Shown piece after piece: positions 9,154 to 18,600 of a stretch of DNA of 63,886 bases. The stretch's first letter is position 1, and each line of letters starts with the position of its first letter. Below the pieces are notes generated by a model. That model saw only the letters and a program-made list of their open reading frames with translations, was not told where the DNA came from and did not search any database. Origin of the DNA: Sandaracinaceae bacterium (GTDB lineage: Bacteria; Myxococcota_A; Polyangia; Polyangiales; Sandaracinaceae); the NCBI GenBank assembly GCA_044220955.1, contig JBGAQA010000035.1:1-63886 (forward strand), given 5' to 3'. The position numbers were made by a program, and so were the translations under genes.

Positions 9154-10452
9154 TCACGGAGAGATCGTCGTCGCGTCGCCGCTGGCGAGCGCGCTCAGCA
9201 GCGGGCGGACGACGAAGCGCAGGGCCGCGATGAGCAGCACGACGCCCAGCACGACGCGGGTGGCCGTCCGGGCCCAGTCGCCGCTCCAGGCGAGCCCGCG
9301 CCGCGCGGGCGTCGGGGTGGGGCGCGACCGACGCCGCACGGCCGCGGCGTCGAGCTCGAGACGACGGGCCGGTCCGGGCGGTGGCGTGGAAGGGAGCGAC
9401 TCGAGCGGCGAGCGCGAGCTCGTCGTGGCCGCCCGCCTCGCGGGCGGCGGCGGGGGATGTGGCGGCGGAGGGGGCGGAGAGGGCGGACGCGGCGAGAGCG
9501 CCGGCAGCGGCGGCGCGGTCGCGGCGACGGTCGGCAGCTTCTCGCGCAGCGAGCGCTCGCCGGAGCCCGGCTCGTCGAGCGCGAACGCCCCCGACGTCGG
9601 CGCCGCGGGCGCGACGGCGACCGCGAGCAGCCGCTCTCGGAGCTCCTCCGCGCTCTCGGGCCGGCGCGCGCGATCCTTGGCGAGCGCGCCCAGCACCACG
9701 TTCTGCACCGCCTCCGAGATCAGCGCGCCCCGCGCGCGCGGCGGCACGGGAGGCGTGTTCACGATCTCGTGGATCAGCGCGTTGTAGTTCTCCGCGTCGA
9801 AGGGCACGTCCCCCACCGCGCACTCGTAGAGCAGCACCCCCATCGCGTACACGTCGGCACGCCGGTCGACGTCCGTGCGGCCGCGCGCTTGCTCCGGCGA
9901 CATGTAGTGCGGCGTCCCGAGCAGCGAGCCCGTCGTCGTGAGGCTGGAGATCTCGTCCGCCTTCGACGAGATCCCGAAGTCGAGGACCTTCACCAGCTCG
10001 CCGCGCCGCCGCGCGGGCACGAGCATGATGTTGTCCGGCTTGAGGTCGCGGTGGACGACCCCTGCCTCGTGCGCGGCGTGCAGCGCGTCGAGCAGCGGAT
10101 CGGCGATCGCGACGATCTCGGCCTCGGTCAGCCGGCCCTTGCGCTCGATCCGGTCCGTGAGCGTCTCGCCCTCGAGGAACTCCATGACGAGGAAGGGCGC
10201 GCCCTCGTCCGTCCGGTCGAGGTCGAGCACGTCCACGATCGACTCGTGGTGGATCGAGCTCGCCGCGCGCGCCTCGCGCCCGAAGCGCTCCACGACGTGC
10301 GCGCTCTCGAGGAAGCGGTCGTCGAGCACCTTGATCGCGATCCTGCGACCCGTCGCGAGGTGGGTGCCCTGCCACACGGACGCCATGCCGCCCTGGCCGA
10401 CGAGCGCGTCCACTCGGTACTTCCCGCAGAGCGTCTGCCCGAGGCGGACCAT
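9154..10452 (-). CDS. Serine/threonine protein kinase with Pro-rich linker and C-terminal TM
   Basis: GQGGMASV, IAIK, HRDLKPDN, DFG, GTPHYMSPEQ. Confidence 0.95.
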   Translation of the reverse strand: MVRLGQTLCGKYRVDALVGQGGMASVWQGTHLATGRRIAIKVLDDRFLESAHVVERFGREARAASSIHHESIVDVLDLDRTDEGAPFLVMEFLEGETLTDRIERKGRLTEAEIVAIADPLLDALHAAHEAGVVHRDLKPDNIMLVPARRRGELVKVLDFGISSKADEISSLTTTGSLLGTPHYMSPEQARGRTDVDRRADVYAMGVLLYECAVGDVPFDAENYNALIHEIVNTPPVPPRARGALISEAVQNVVLGALAKDRARRPESAEELRERLLAVAVAPAAPTSGAFALDEPGSGERSLREKLPTVAATAPPLPALSPRPPSPPPPPPHPPPPPARRAATTSSRSPLESLPSTPPPGPARRLELDAAAVRRRSRPTPTPARRGLAWSGDWARTATRVVLGVVLLIAALRFVVRPLLSALASGDATTISP

Positions 10453-10487
10453 GCGCGCACGATCAGCTTACATGGTACACGCCGGGC

Positions 10488-11303
10488 ATGTCGCTCGAGT
10501 CGCTCGTCTCTGCGGCGTACGCCGATCGATCCCTGCTCGCCGACCCGGCTCACCGCGTCGCCGTCTTCGACACCCTGGCTGCCCTGGATCGAGGCGAGGT
10601 CCGCGTCGCCACGCGAGACGACGACGGGAGCTGGCGCGTCCACGCCTGGCTCAAGGAGGCGATCCTGCTCTACTTCGCCCTGCGCGAGATGGAGCGCATC
10701 GAGGTCGGGCCCTTCGAGTTCCGGGACAAGATCCCGATGAAGAAGGATCTGGAGCAAGCCGGCATCCGCGTCGTACCGCCGGGAGTCGCCCGCTACGGCG
10801 CGTTCCTCGAGCCCGGCGTGGTGCTCATGCCCGGGTACGTGAACCTCGGCGCGTGGGTCGGCCGCGGAACGATGATCGACACGTGGGCCACCGTCGGCTC
10901 CTGCGCTCAGATCGGGCGCGACGTGCACCTCTCGGGAGGCGTCGGCATCGGCGGTGTGCTCGAGCCCCCCGGCGCGCGCCCGGTCGTCGTCGAGGACGGC
11001 TGCTTCGTCGGATCGCGCGCGGTGATCGTCGAGGGCGTGGTCGTCGAGCGCGAGGCGGTGATCGGGGCGAACGTGGTCCTCACCTCGTCGACGCCGATCG
11101 TGGACGTGACGGGACCCGAGCCGATCGAGCACCGCGGACGGGTCCCGGCGCGCAGCGTGGTCATCCCGGGCACGCGGCTCAAGAGGTTCCCCGCGGGCGA
11201 GTATGGTGTGCCGTGCGCGCTCGTCATCGGACGGCGCTCCGAGAGCACCGACAAGAAGACGTCGCTCAACGCGGCGCTGCGCGATCACTCCGTCGCCGTT
11301 TGA
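10488..11303 (+). CDS. dapD: Tetrahydrodipicolinate N-succinyltransferase
   Basis: WLKEAILLYF, RVVPP, LMPGYVNLGA, DTWATVGSCAQIG, HLSGGVGIGGVLEP, KTSLN. Confidence 0.96.
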   Translation: MSLESLVSAAYADRSLLADPAHRVAVFDTLAALDRGEVRVATRDDDGSWRVHAWLKEAILLYFALREMERIEVGPFEFRDKIPMKKDLEQAGIRVVPPGVARYGAFLEPGVVLMPGYVNLGAWVGRGTMIDTWATVGSCAQIGRDVHLSGGVGIGGVLEPPGARPVVVEDGCFVGSRAVIVEGVVVEREAVIGANVVLTSSTPIVDVTGPEPIEHRGRVPARSVVIPGTRLKRFPAGEYGVPCALVIGRRSESTDKKTSLNAALRDHSVAV

Positions 11304-11320
11304 TGGCGTAGCATCCGAGG

Positions 11321-12568
11321 ATGCGTCGCTCGCTCGCTGCGCTGCTCCTCGCCCTGGGCTCTCTCGGCTGCAGCAACGTCGATGCGCCGCCGGCCGACGC
11401 AGGCCTGCCGGACGACGCCGACGCGGGACGAAGCGATGCGGGCGTGGTCCGCCGCGTCGACGGGGGCCGTGACGCGGGCCCCGTCCCGAGCGACCTCGAG
11501 GGCTTCGTCGAGTACCAGATGTCGATCGGGCACCTGCCCGGCGTCGCGGTCGCCATCATCGATCGCGGCGCGGTGCAGCGCATCGTGACGCGCGGGATGG
11601 CGACCGACACGACGGCCGTGGACGCGCACACGCTCTTCCTCGTGGCGTCGATCTCGAAGACCTTCGTCGCGGCGCTGGTCCTCGGGCTCGTCGAGGAGGG
11701 GATGATCTCGCTCGACGAGCCTGCCGAGACGTACCTCGGCTACCCCGTGCGCTCGCCCCTCTCCCCCTCTCACCCGATCACCGTGCGGGAGCTGATGACG
11801 CACACGAGCGGGATGGTCGACGCCTGGATCGAGCTCGGCCAGGTGACGGTCGACGGTGATCCGACGACGAGCCTCGTGGACTTCGCCGCGAGCTACGTGC
11901 CGCCGCCCGAGCACTACACGAGCGCGTCGGGGACGAGCCGCGACTACTGCAACGCCGCCTTCGGGGTGCTCGGCGCGATCGTGGAGCGCGCGGGCGGCGA
12001 GGATCTGCGCGCGAGGACGGCGCGAACGCTGACCGGCCCCCTCGCGCTCGACGGGGCGGGCTGGTGGCTCGCCGACGTGGACACGACACGCCTGGCCGTC
12101 GAGTACTCGACCGGCCGCACCGACGCCTCCGGACACACCAGCTACACCGCGAATCCGCAGCGCGGATTCGGGCACTACACCGCGACCTCGATGCGCATCA
12201 GCATCACCGGCCTCGCGCGCTGGGTGCTCGCGCACATCGAGAACGGCACGCTCGACGGCGCCACGTTCCTCACCCAGGCGAGCATCGACGAGGAGCGCCG
12301 CGTGCAGTTCCCGAGCGTCGCCGCGAGCCAGGGCCTCGTCTGGTACTACCGGAACATGCACGGCTCGCGCTGGCTCAGCCACAGCGGGTCGAGCTTCGGC
12401 GCGAGCTCGAACATCCTCTACCGCGACGACGGCCGCGGCCTCGTCGTGATCACGAACTCCGACGCCTACATCCGGGATCGGATCGGCGACAGCGGCGGCG
12501 CCGACGCGATCGACGCCATCCTCGTCCGGCTGGACGAAGAGGCGGACGCCCTCGCCGCGATGCCCTGA
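11321..12568 (+). CDS. Serine hydrolase (class C beta-lactamase-like fold) lipoprotein
   Basis: Lipobox SLGC; SxxK (ASISK), LMTHTSG, YxN (YCN), HSG. Confidence 0.88.
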   Translation: MRRSLAALLLALGSLGCSNVDAPPADAGLPDDADAGRSDAGVVRRVDGGRDAGPVPSDLEGFVEYQMSIGHLPGVAVAIIDRGAVQRIVTRGMATDTTAVDAHTLFLVASISKTFVAALVLGLVEEGMISLDEPAETYLGYPVRSPLSPSHPITVRELMTHTSGMVDAWIELGQVTVDGDPTTSLVDFAASYVPPPEHYTSASGTSRDYCNAAFGVLGAIVERAGGEDLRARTARTLTGPLALDGAGWWLADVDTTRLAVEYSTGRTDASGHTSYTANPQRGFGHYTATSMRISITGLARWVLAHIENGTLDGATFLTQASIDEERRVQFPSVAASQGLVWYYRNMHGSRWLSHSGSSFGASSNILYRDDGRGLVVITNSDAYIRDRIGDSGGADAIDAILVRLDEEADALAAMP

Positions 12569-12662
12569 TCTCGGGGGCGAGACCGACGCGTTCGTCGCGC
12601 TCGGCACAGGCTCTGGCGCGGCCTGCACAGAACGCGCGGCCGCGCGCGCGCACGTTCGGGGC

Positions 12663-14147
12663 ATGCAGACCCTCCATCGCCACCGCGTGCTCGCCGCGGC
12701 CCTGCTCGGCGCGGCGCTCCTCTACACCTCGCAGATGCGGCTCGGCCTCGGCGTGCTCGCCTGGGTCGCGCCCGTGCCCTGGCTCTTCGCGCTGCGGCAC
12801 GCGGGCTCGAACCGCGCGCGCGCGCTCGTCCTCGGCGCGATGCCGCTCGTGTGGGTGGCCATCACCGACAAGATCGTCACCGCGCCCATGCCCCACGCCG
12901 CTGCGCTCGCGTTCGGGATCCCGATCGGCGGCGTGCTCGCCCTGCCCTACGCGGCGTTCGCGTGGCTGCGGCCGCGGCTCGCCCCGGCGGCGCTCGTGGC
13001 CGCCTTCGCCTCCGCGGCCGTCCTGGCCGAGTGGGCGCTGAGCAACGTGCTGCCCTACGGCACGTGGGGCGCGGCCGTGAACACGCAGCTCGACCAGCTC
13101 GCGCTGCTCCAGCTCGCGTCCGTGACGGGGGCGCAGGGGATCGCCCTGCTCGTCGCCGGCGTCGCCGCGAGCCTGGAGAGCTGGCTCGCGCACCGCGACG
13201 CCCCGAGCCGTCGCACGCTCGGGCTCGCGCTCGCGGCGGTCGCGCTGGTCGTGCTCCTCGGCCAGGCGCGCCTCGCGCTCGATGGCGACACGGGCCGCGA
13301 GGTCGTGCGCGTGGCGACGGTGGACAGCCCCGCGACGTCGGCTGGCGCCCCGCTGCCCTCACCCGCCGAGGTCGCGGCGACGAACGCCACGCTCGCCGAG
13401 CGCACCCGCGCCGCCGCCGCCGCCGGCGCGCGGCTCGTCGTGTGGACCGAGGCCTCCACCGTGCTGCGCGCCGAGGCGGACGAGCCGGCGTTTCTCTCGT
13501 GGGCGAGCGACGTCGCGCGCGACGCGCACGTGCGCCTGGTCCTCGGGTACGTCGTGCCCGTCACGCTCGAGCCGCTCTCGTATCGGAACACGCTCGTGAT
13601 GATCGCGAGCGACGGAACGCGCGCGCCGCTCTACCTCAAGCACCACCCGGTCCCGGGCGAGCCGGCGGTCCCCGGCACGGGCCCGATGCCGCTCGCGCTC
13701 GATCCCGAGCTCGGCCGGGTCTCGGCGGCGCTCTGCTACGACTACGACTTCCCGCGCCTCGGCCTCGCGCAGGCCGCGCTCGGCGCCGACGTCGTCGCGC
13801 TGCCCTCCTCCGACTGGCGCGGAATCGATCCGATCCACGCGCAGATGGCCGTGCCCCGCGCGATCGAGGACGGCGTGTCGGTCGTGCGCGCGACTCGCTT
13901 CGGGTCCTCGACGGTGATCGACCCGCACGGGCGCGTGCGCGCCATGCACAGCGCCTTCGACACCGGAGCGCGGACCACGCTGGCGGACATCCCGACGCAC
14001 GGCGTGCGCACGATCTACGGCACCGTCGGCGACGTCCTGCCTGCCGGGCTCGCGCTGGGCTGGACCGCGCTCGGTCTGCGAGGAGTCATCGCGCGGCTGC
14101 GGCGCCGCGCCGCCACGCCGCGGGCGACATCCCCGTCCATCGCTTGA
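12663..14147 (+). CDS. Apolipoprotein N-acyltransferase-like / nitrilase-family membrane protein
   Basis: N-terminal TM bundle; E-K-C triad in VVWTEAS, YLKHHPVPGE, LCYD; RAIEDG. Confidence 0.85.
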   Translation: MQTLHRHRVLAAALLGAALLYTSQMRLGLGVLAWVAPVPWLFALRHAGSNRARALVLGAMPLVWVAITDKIVTAPMPHAAALAFGIPIGGVLALPYAAFAWLRPRLAPAALVAAFASAAVLAEWALSNVLPYGTWGAAVNTQLDQLALLQLASVTGAQGIALLVAGVAASLESWLAHRDAPSRRTLGLALAAVALVVLLGQARLALDGDTGREVVRVATVDSPATSAGAPLPSPAEVAATNATLAERTRAAAAAGARLVVWTEASTVLRAEADEPAFLSWASDVARDAHVRLVLGYVVPVTLEPLSYRNTLVMIASDGTRAPLYLKHHPVPGEPAVPGTGPMPLALDPELGRVSAALCYDYDFPRLGLAQAALGADVVALPSSDWRGIDPIHAQMAVPRAIEDGVSVVRATRFGSSTVIDPHGRVRAMHSAFDTGARTTLADIPTHGVRTIYGTVGDVLPAGLALGWTALGLRGVIARLRRRAATPRATSPSIA

Positions 14148-15099
14148 ACGCCCGCCCGAAGGTGCTCTGGTCGGCGAAGCCGAGCAGCCAGCCCACCTCC
14201 GCGATCGAGACGCGACGATCGTCGAGGTGGGCCCGCGCTGCCGCCGCGCGGGCCTCGTCGATCACCCGGCCGAGCTCGGTGCCCTCGTCCGCCATGCGCC
14301 GCTGGAGCGTGCGCGTGCTCATCGCGAGGCCCCGCGCCAGGGAGGCGGCCTGCACCGGGCGGCCGGCGCGGATCGTCTCGAGCACCGCATCGCGGACGCG
14401 GGACGACACGTCACCGCCCGGCGGAGGGAGCTCCGCGAGCACCCGCTCGGCATGCTGCTCGAGGATCGCGCGGAGCGCCGGGTCGGCCGTGCGGATCGGC
14501 GTCTGCCACGCGCTCGCGTCGAAGCGGATGGCCGGCCGCGCCGCGGCGAACCGCGGCACGACGCCGAGGACGCGCGCGTGCTCCGACACGTCGGCCGGAG
14601 CGGGGAACGCGAAGGCCACCTCGGCGACGGCGAAGGGCTCGGCCATCGCGCGCAGGCGCGTCACGAGCGCGGCCAGCGTGTACTCCTGCGCGGGACGCGG
14701 GACCGGCCCGCCGGCCTCGGTGACCAACGCGAGCTCGGTCTCCACACCGGCCGGCGCGACGACGAGACGAGCGCGCGTGTCCACGATCGCGAAGTAGCGG
14801 GCGATGCGCGCGACCGCCTCGCCGACCGTCGCGCTCGTGCTGCCGAGGTAGTCGATCACCTGGTAGGCACCGAGCGGCAGCGCCGCCGCCGCGTGCAGCG
14901 CGAGGTGCGGGTCCCCCGCACGGCGATACGCTTCCTGCCAGAACGCGTCCGCGTGCGCCGCGGCGATGCGCGCGTCGGCGTCACCGAGCGCCTCGGGCGA
15001 GAGCCCGGCGGCCGAGGCGATGGCGCTGGCGTCGAGGCCGAGCCGGGCGCACGCGGCGGCCACCGCGCGCGTCGCGACCGAGAGGACCGTGGCAGGCAC
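14086..15099 (-). CDS. AraC family transcriptional regulator
   Basis: LAMSTRTLQRRM and LLGFADQSTFGRAFKRWTGMSP HTH motifs; N-terminal ligand domain (DPHLALH). Confidence 0.92.
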   Translation of the reverse strand: MPATVLSVATRAVAAACARLGLDASAIASAAGLSPEALGDADARIAAAHADAFWQEAYRRAGDPHLALHAAAALPLGAYQVIDYLGSTSATVGEAVARIARYFAIVDTRARLVVAPAGVETELALVTEAGGPVPRPAQEYTLAALVTRLRAMAEPFAVAEVAFAFPAPADVSEHARVLGVVPRFAAARPAIRFDASAWQTPIRTADPALRAILEQHAERVLAELPPPGGDVSSRVRDAVLETIRAGRPVQAASLARGLAMSTRTLQRRMADEGTELGRVIDEARAAAARAHLDDRRVSIAEVGWLLGFADQSTFGRAFKRWTGMSPAAWRRGAAAAR

Positions 15100-15124
15100 G
15101 GCACGAGCGTGCCACGTTCTCTGC

Positions 15125-15667
15125 GTGGCCGAGGACCCGTCGAGCGCGCGCTGGGACGCCGCACAAGAAGGTGCGGAGCTGCTCCGCGAGGGCGAGGCGG
15201 ACGCGGCCGTCGACGAGCTCGAGCAGGTGATCGCCCGCGACGCCGAGAACGAGTATGCGTACTTCTTCCTCGGGTCGGCGCACTTCGAGCGAGGGCGCTT
15301 CGAGAAGGCGATGAAGGCGTACCTCCGGGCGCTCGAGCTCGCGCCCGGCTACCTCGGCGCGCTCGTGCACCTCGGACACACGCTGCGGATGATGGGCAAG
15401 CACGGCGAGGCGCTCCGCGTGGGGCGCGAGGCGCTCGAGCGCAGCCCCGAGGACGCCGACGCGCTGCACCTGCTCGCGCTCGTGCACCACGCGCGCGGCG
15501 AGAAGGCCGCGGCCATCAAGTACTTCGAGCGCTTCCTCGCGACGCGCCCCGAGCTCGAGGCCGCCAACGAGGCCGAGGGGCTCCTCCGGATGCTCCGCGG
15601 CCAGATCGACGCGTACGCGGCGCCCACGCCCGGCGGCGGGACCAAGTCCGATCGCGAGCTGAACTGA
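15125..15667 (+). CDS. Tetratricopeptide repeat protein
   Basis: About 4 TPRs (AYFFLGSAHF, ALVHLGHTL, ALHLLALVH); GTG start inferred. Confidence 0.85.
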   Translation: MAEDPSSARWDAAQEGAELLREGEADAAVDELEQVIARDAENEYAYFFLGSAHFERGRFEKAMKAYLRALELAPGYLGALVHLGHTLRMMGKHGEALRVGREALERSPEDADALHLLALVHHARGEKAAAIKYFERFLATRPELEAANEAEGLLRMLRGQIDAYAAPTPGGGTKSDRELN

Positions 15668-16431
15668 TGACGCGCCGCGCACACCGGCTCGCGGTCGTTC
15701 TCGTGGGGCTCGCTCTCTGCGGGTGCGGCGAGGACGACGCGGCCGTGGCGGCCGCGCACCCCCGGCCTTTCGCGCCGGCTCCGACCACGACCGACGTCGC
15801 CTCGTCCGGTCCCGCGGTGGCGCGACCGCGCCAGGATCTGGACACGCTCGACCACGGGACCGTCCAGCGCGCCGGTCCGACCGCTCCGCCGCCACCGCCG
15901 CCCCCGACCTCGGCTCCCACGCTCGCGGAGGCACCGGCGCCCCAGGAGCGGAGCCTGCCGGCGGAGCTCGCGACGGCCATCGGGTCACCGGCGAGCTGCC
16001 TCGATCTCGCGACGGCCCGCGCGCTCCACGGGCGCCTGACCGTGCAGGTCAGTGCGACGGTGACCCCTGCGGGCAACGTCACGCGCGCGCGCGCGAGCGG
16101 AGGGGGATTGCCGCCCGCCGCGCTCGCGTGCATCCAGGCGCGCGCGCTCGGAGCGCACCTCTCGCCGCCGATCGAGGGCGCCCCGCGCTCCATCTCGACC
16201 ACGCTCGCCTTCGAGGTGACGACCACGGCCGACGAGACGACGACGGAGACGCCCGTTTGGCGCCAGCCTGGCGCGGTGGCGGACCCCGGCGTCGTGCTCC
16301 CCGCGGTCGGGGCGAGCGGACGCCCCGAAGGCGCGCTCGCCCCGGACTCCACGCTGCCGGCGGTGGTCCCCGCCGGGCGTCAGGAGGGAACCGTCGCTCC
16401 GGACATCGTGCTGCCCGCGCGCGGGCGCTGA
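15667..16431 (+). CDS. Lipoprotein with Pro-rich linker and TonB-C/AgmX-PglI-like domain
   Basis: TGATG coupling to the TPR gene; lipobox LCGC; C...GRLTVQVSATVTPAGNVTRA...C pattern. Confidence 0.65.
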   Translation: MTRRAHRLAVVLVGLALCGCGEDDAAVAAAHPRPFAPAPTTTDVASSGPAVARPRQDLDTLDHGTVQRAGPTAPPPPPPPTSAPTLAEAPAPQERSLPAELATAIGSPASCLDLATARALHGRLTVQVSATVTPAGNVTRARASGGGLPPAALACIQARALGAHLSPPIEGAPRSISTTLAFEVTTTADETTTETPVWRQPGAVADPGVVLPAVGASGRPEGALAPDSTLPAVVPAGRQEGTVAPDIVLPARGR

Positions 16432-16453
16432 GCCGCGAGATCGCCGGGGCGCG

Positions 16454-16996
16454 CTACGGCGGCTGGCGGACGAGCATCTGCACGAGCGCGGCGAGGTCGC
16501 TCATGTCCGAGGGGCCGATGCCCGTGAACACGCGCGCGACGTTCCCGCGCCGGTCGACCACCACGAGCATCGGGATCGCGCGGACGCCGTAGGAGCGCAT
16601 CGTGTGCCCGACGTCGCGCGCGATCGTGTAGCCGACCGGCTCGCTCGCGAGGTGCCGCAGGATGTCCCCTTCCGACTCCTGCGCGACACCGACGATCGAG
16701 AGCCCCTGTCCGTGGAACTGTGCGTGGAGCCGATCGAGCTCGGGCATGATCATGCGACAGGGGCCGCACCACGTCGCCCAGAAGTCGACCACGACCACGC
16801 GGCCCCGCAGGCGGGCGAGCGTCACCTCGTCCGGCCCCACGAGGCGCCGCGTGTCGAGCTCCGGCGGCGCCGCGCCCACGACGAGCGCAGCGGCCGGAGC
16901 CCCGGGCGACGGCGGCGGATGTCCCGGCTCGGCGCGACCGGCTGCGGCGACGGCGAGCACGCACGCGAGCGCGAGGATCGGCAGCAGGAGCTTCAT
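16454..16996 (-). CDS. TlpA-like thiol-disulfide oxidoreductase
   Basis: Signal peptide; GRVVVVDFWATWCGPC; YGVRAIP. Confidence 0.92.
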   Translation of the reverse strand: MKLLLPILALACVLAVAAAGRAEPGHPPPSPGAPAAALVVGAAPPELDTRRLVGPDEVTLARLRGRVVVVDFWATWCGPCRMIMPELDRLHAQFHGQGLSIVGVAQESEGDILRHLASEPVGYTIARDVGHTMRSYGVRAIPMLVVVDRRGNVARVFTGIGPSDMSDLAALVQMLVRQPP

Positions 16997-17098
16997 CGAC
17001 GTTCTCAGGCTAGCACCCACGCCCGCTCGGACGAGGCGGACCCCTCGCGCATTCGTTCGCCGGGCGCCCGGGGATCGTTTCGCGCTAAGACGCGGCCC

Positions 17099-17857
17099 GT
17101 GAGCCCGGTCCGCGAAGTGCTCGTGGTCTACGCGGTCGTCGCGATCGTGACCGGAGCGCTCGGCGCCGCGCGCGCCCTGCCCTGGGCGGGTGATGTCGTC
17201 GCGCTCGGGATCGCCGGGGTGTTCCTGGGCGCGGCGCTCACGATGGCGCGTCGCGTCGCCGGCGGCGCGGCCCGGCTGGGCATCGAGCTCGGCGGCCTGC
17301 TCGAGCCCGCCGAGGCCGACGATCGCCCGCCCGGTCCTCTCGGCCTCTACGACCTCGGTCGGACCGTCCGCGCGGCCCTCCCGAGCGGCCTGCGCGAGGT
17401 CGTCTTCGCCCTCTCCGTGGCCGCGATCGTCTTCCCCCCCTTCGTGCTCGGCTTCTGGCTCTGGCACGGCGCGACGAGCCCCGCCGCGATGCACCCGTTC
17501 GTGTGGCGGTGGCCGGCGGACTTCGCGTCGTTCGTGATCTCGCAGATCGTGATCGTCGGGCTGCCCGAGGAGGCGCTGTTCCGCGGCTACGTTCAGACGC
17601 GCCTCGGCGATCGGTGGACGAGCACGAGCCGCGTGCTGGGCGCCGACCTCTCGATCCGCGCCTGGATCCTTCAGTCGGCCCTCTTCGCCCTGATCCACCT
17701 CGCGACCGAGCCGAGCGTCGAGAAGCTCGCGGTCTTCTTCCCCGGGCTGCTCTTCGGCTGGATGCGCGCCCGGCGCGGCGGTATCGGTGCTTCGATCGTG
17801 ATGCACGCGGCGAGCAACGTCCTGGCGGAGATCCTCGTGACCGGGTGGCTCGCGTGA
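17099..17857 (+). CDS. CPBP (Abi/CAAX protease-like) glutamic intramembrane protease, myxosortase-like
   Basis: EEALFRG, FALIH, HAASN motifs; multi-TM. Confidence 0.88.
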   Translation: MSPVREVLVVYAVVAIVTGALGAARALPWAGDVVALGIAGVFLGAALTMARRVAGGAARLGIELGGLLEPAEADDRPPGPLGLYDLGRTVRAALPSGLREVVFALSVAAIVFPPFVLGFWLWHGATSPAAMHPFVWRWPADFASFVISQIVIVGLPEEALFRGYVQTRLGDRWTSTSRVLGADLSIRAWILQSALFALIHLATEPSVEKLAVFFPGLLFGWMRARRGGIGASIVMHAASNVLAEILVTGWLA

Positions 17858-18513
17858 GCAAGCTGCGGCGCGGCGCGTTCTTCGACATGGACAAGACGCT
17901 GGTGCGCGCCAACACCGGCGTGCTCTACGCGCGCTGGCGCTTCCGCCGAGGGGAGAGCGGCGTGCGCGACATGGCGCGCGTGATGTGGTGGTCCGCGCAG
18001 TACGCCGCCGGCATCGTCGACGCGGGCGCCGTCAGCCGTTACGCCGCGAGCACGCTGCGCGGCATCGACGAGACCGCCTTCGCCGAGCAGTGCCAGGTCT
18101 GGTTCGACGAGATGGTGCGCCCGATCGTCGCCGAGCGCGCGCGGGCCGTGATCGAGCGCCACCGGGCGGCGGGCGACGTCCTGGCCATCCTCACCGGGAG
18201 CACGCCCTACGCCGCGGGACCCCTCGGCGAGGCCCTGGGCATCCCGCACCGCATCGCGAGCACGCTCGAGGTCCGCGGCGGCGCGTTCACGGGCGAGGTC
18301 GAGCCTCCGCTCTGCTTCGGCGAGGGCAAGGTCACCCGCGCCGAGCGCTTCGCCGCCGAGCAGGGCGTCGACCTCTCCGCCAGCACGTTCTACACGGACA
18401 GCATCAGCGACCTTCCGATGCTGCTCCGCGTCGGCACCCCGGTGGTCGTGAACCCCGATCCCCGCCTGGCGCTGCGTGCCCGCCGCAGCGGCTGGCCCGT
18501 CGAGCACTGGTAG
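17854..18513 (+). CDS. HAD-IB family hydrolase (SerB-like)
   Basis: FFDMDKTL, ILTGS, GEGK, YTDSISDLPML, VNPDPRL; GTGA overlap with the upstream gene. Confidence 0.9.
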   Translation: MSKLRRGAFFDMDKTLVRANTGVLYARWRFRRGESGVRDMARVMWWSAQYAAGIVDAGAVSRYAASTLRGIDETAFAEQCQVWFDEMVRPIVAERARAVIERHRAAGDVLAILTGSTPYAAGPLGEALGIPHRIASTLEVRGGAFTGEVEPPLCFGEGKVTRAERFAAEQGVDLSASTFYTDSISDLPMLLRVGTPVVVNPDPRLALRARRSGWPVEHW

Positions 18514-18578
18514 GGGTCACTCCACACCCTCCCAACCCGCTGAAACGACGGCGTTCCTGCGGGTAGGTGCGCATTTCG
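18513..18578 (+). repeat. Dispersed 66-bp intergenic element, copy 1
   Basis: GGGGTCACTCCACACCC...GCGGGTAGGTGCGCATTTCG; 50/66 ungapped identity (manual count) to the reverse complement of 44407-44472. Confidence 0.85.
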
Positions 18579-18600
18579 TCGGCCCGCGTATCCTCGCCGC

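Noticed and set aside
11321..12568. Calling the serine hydrolase a beta-lactamase resistance gene
   Set aside because: The SxxK/YxN/HxG pattern fits the broad esterase/peptidase family; substrate cannot be inferred.
15100..15116. TGGCACG...TGC as a sigma54 promoter (also near 12614)
   Set aside because: GG-to-GC spacing is 9 and 8 nt rather than the required 10.
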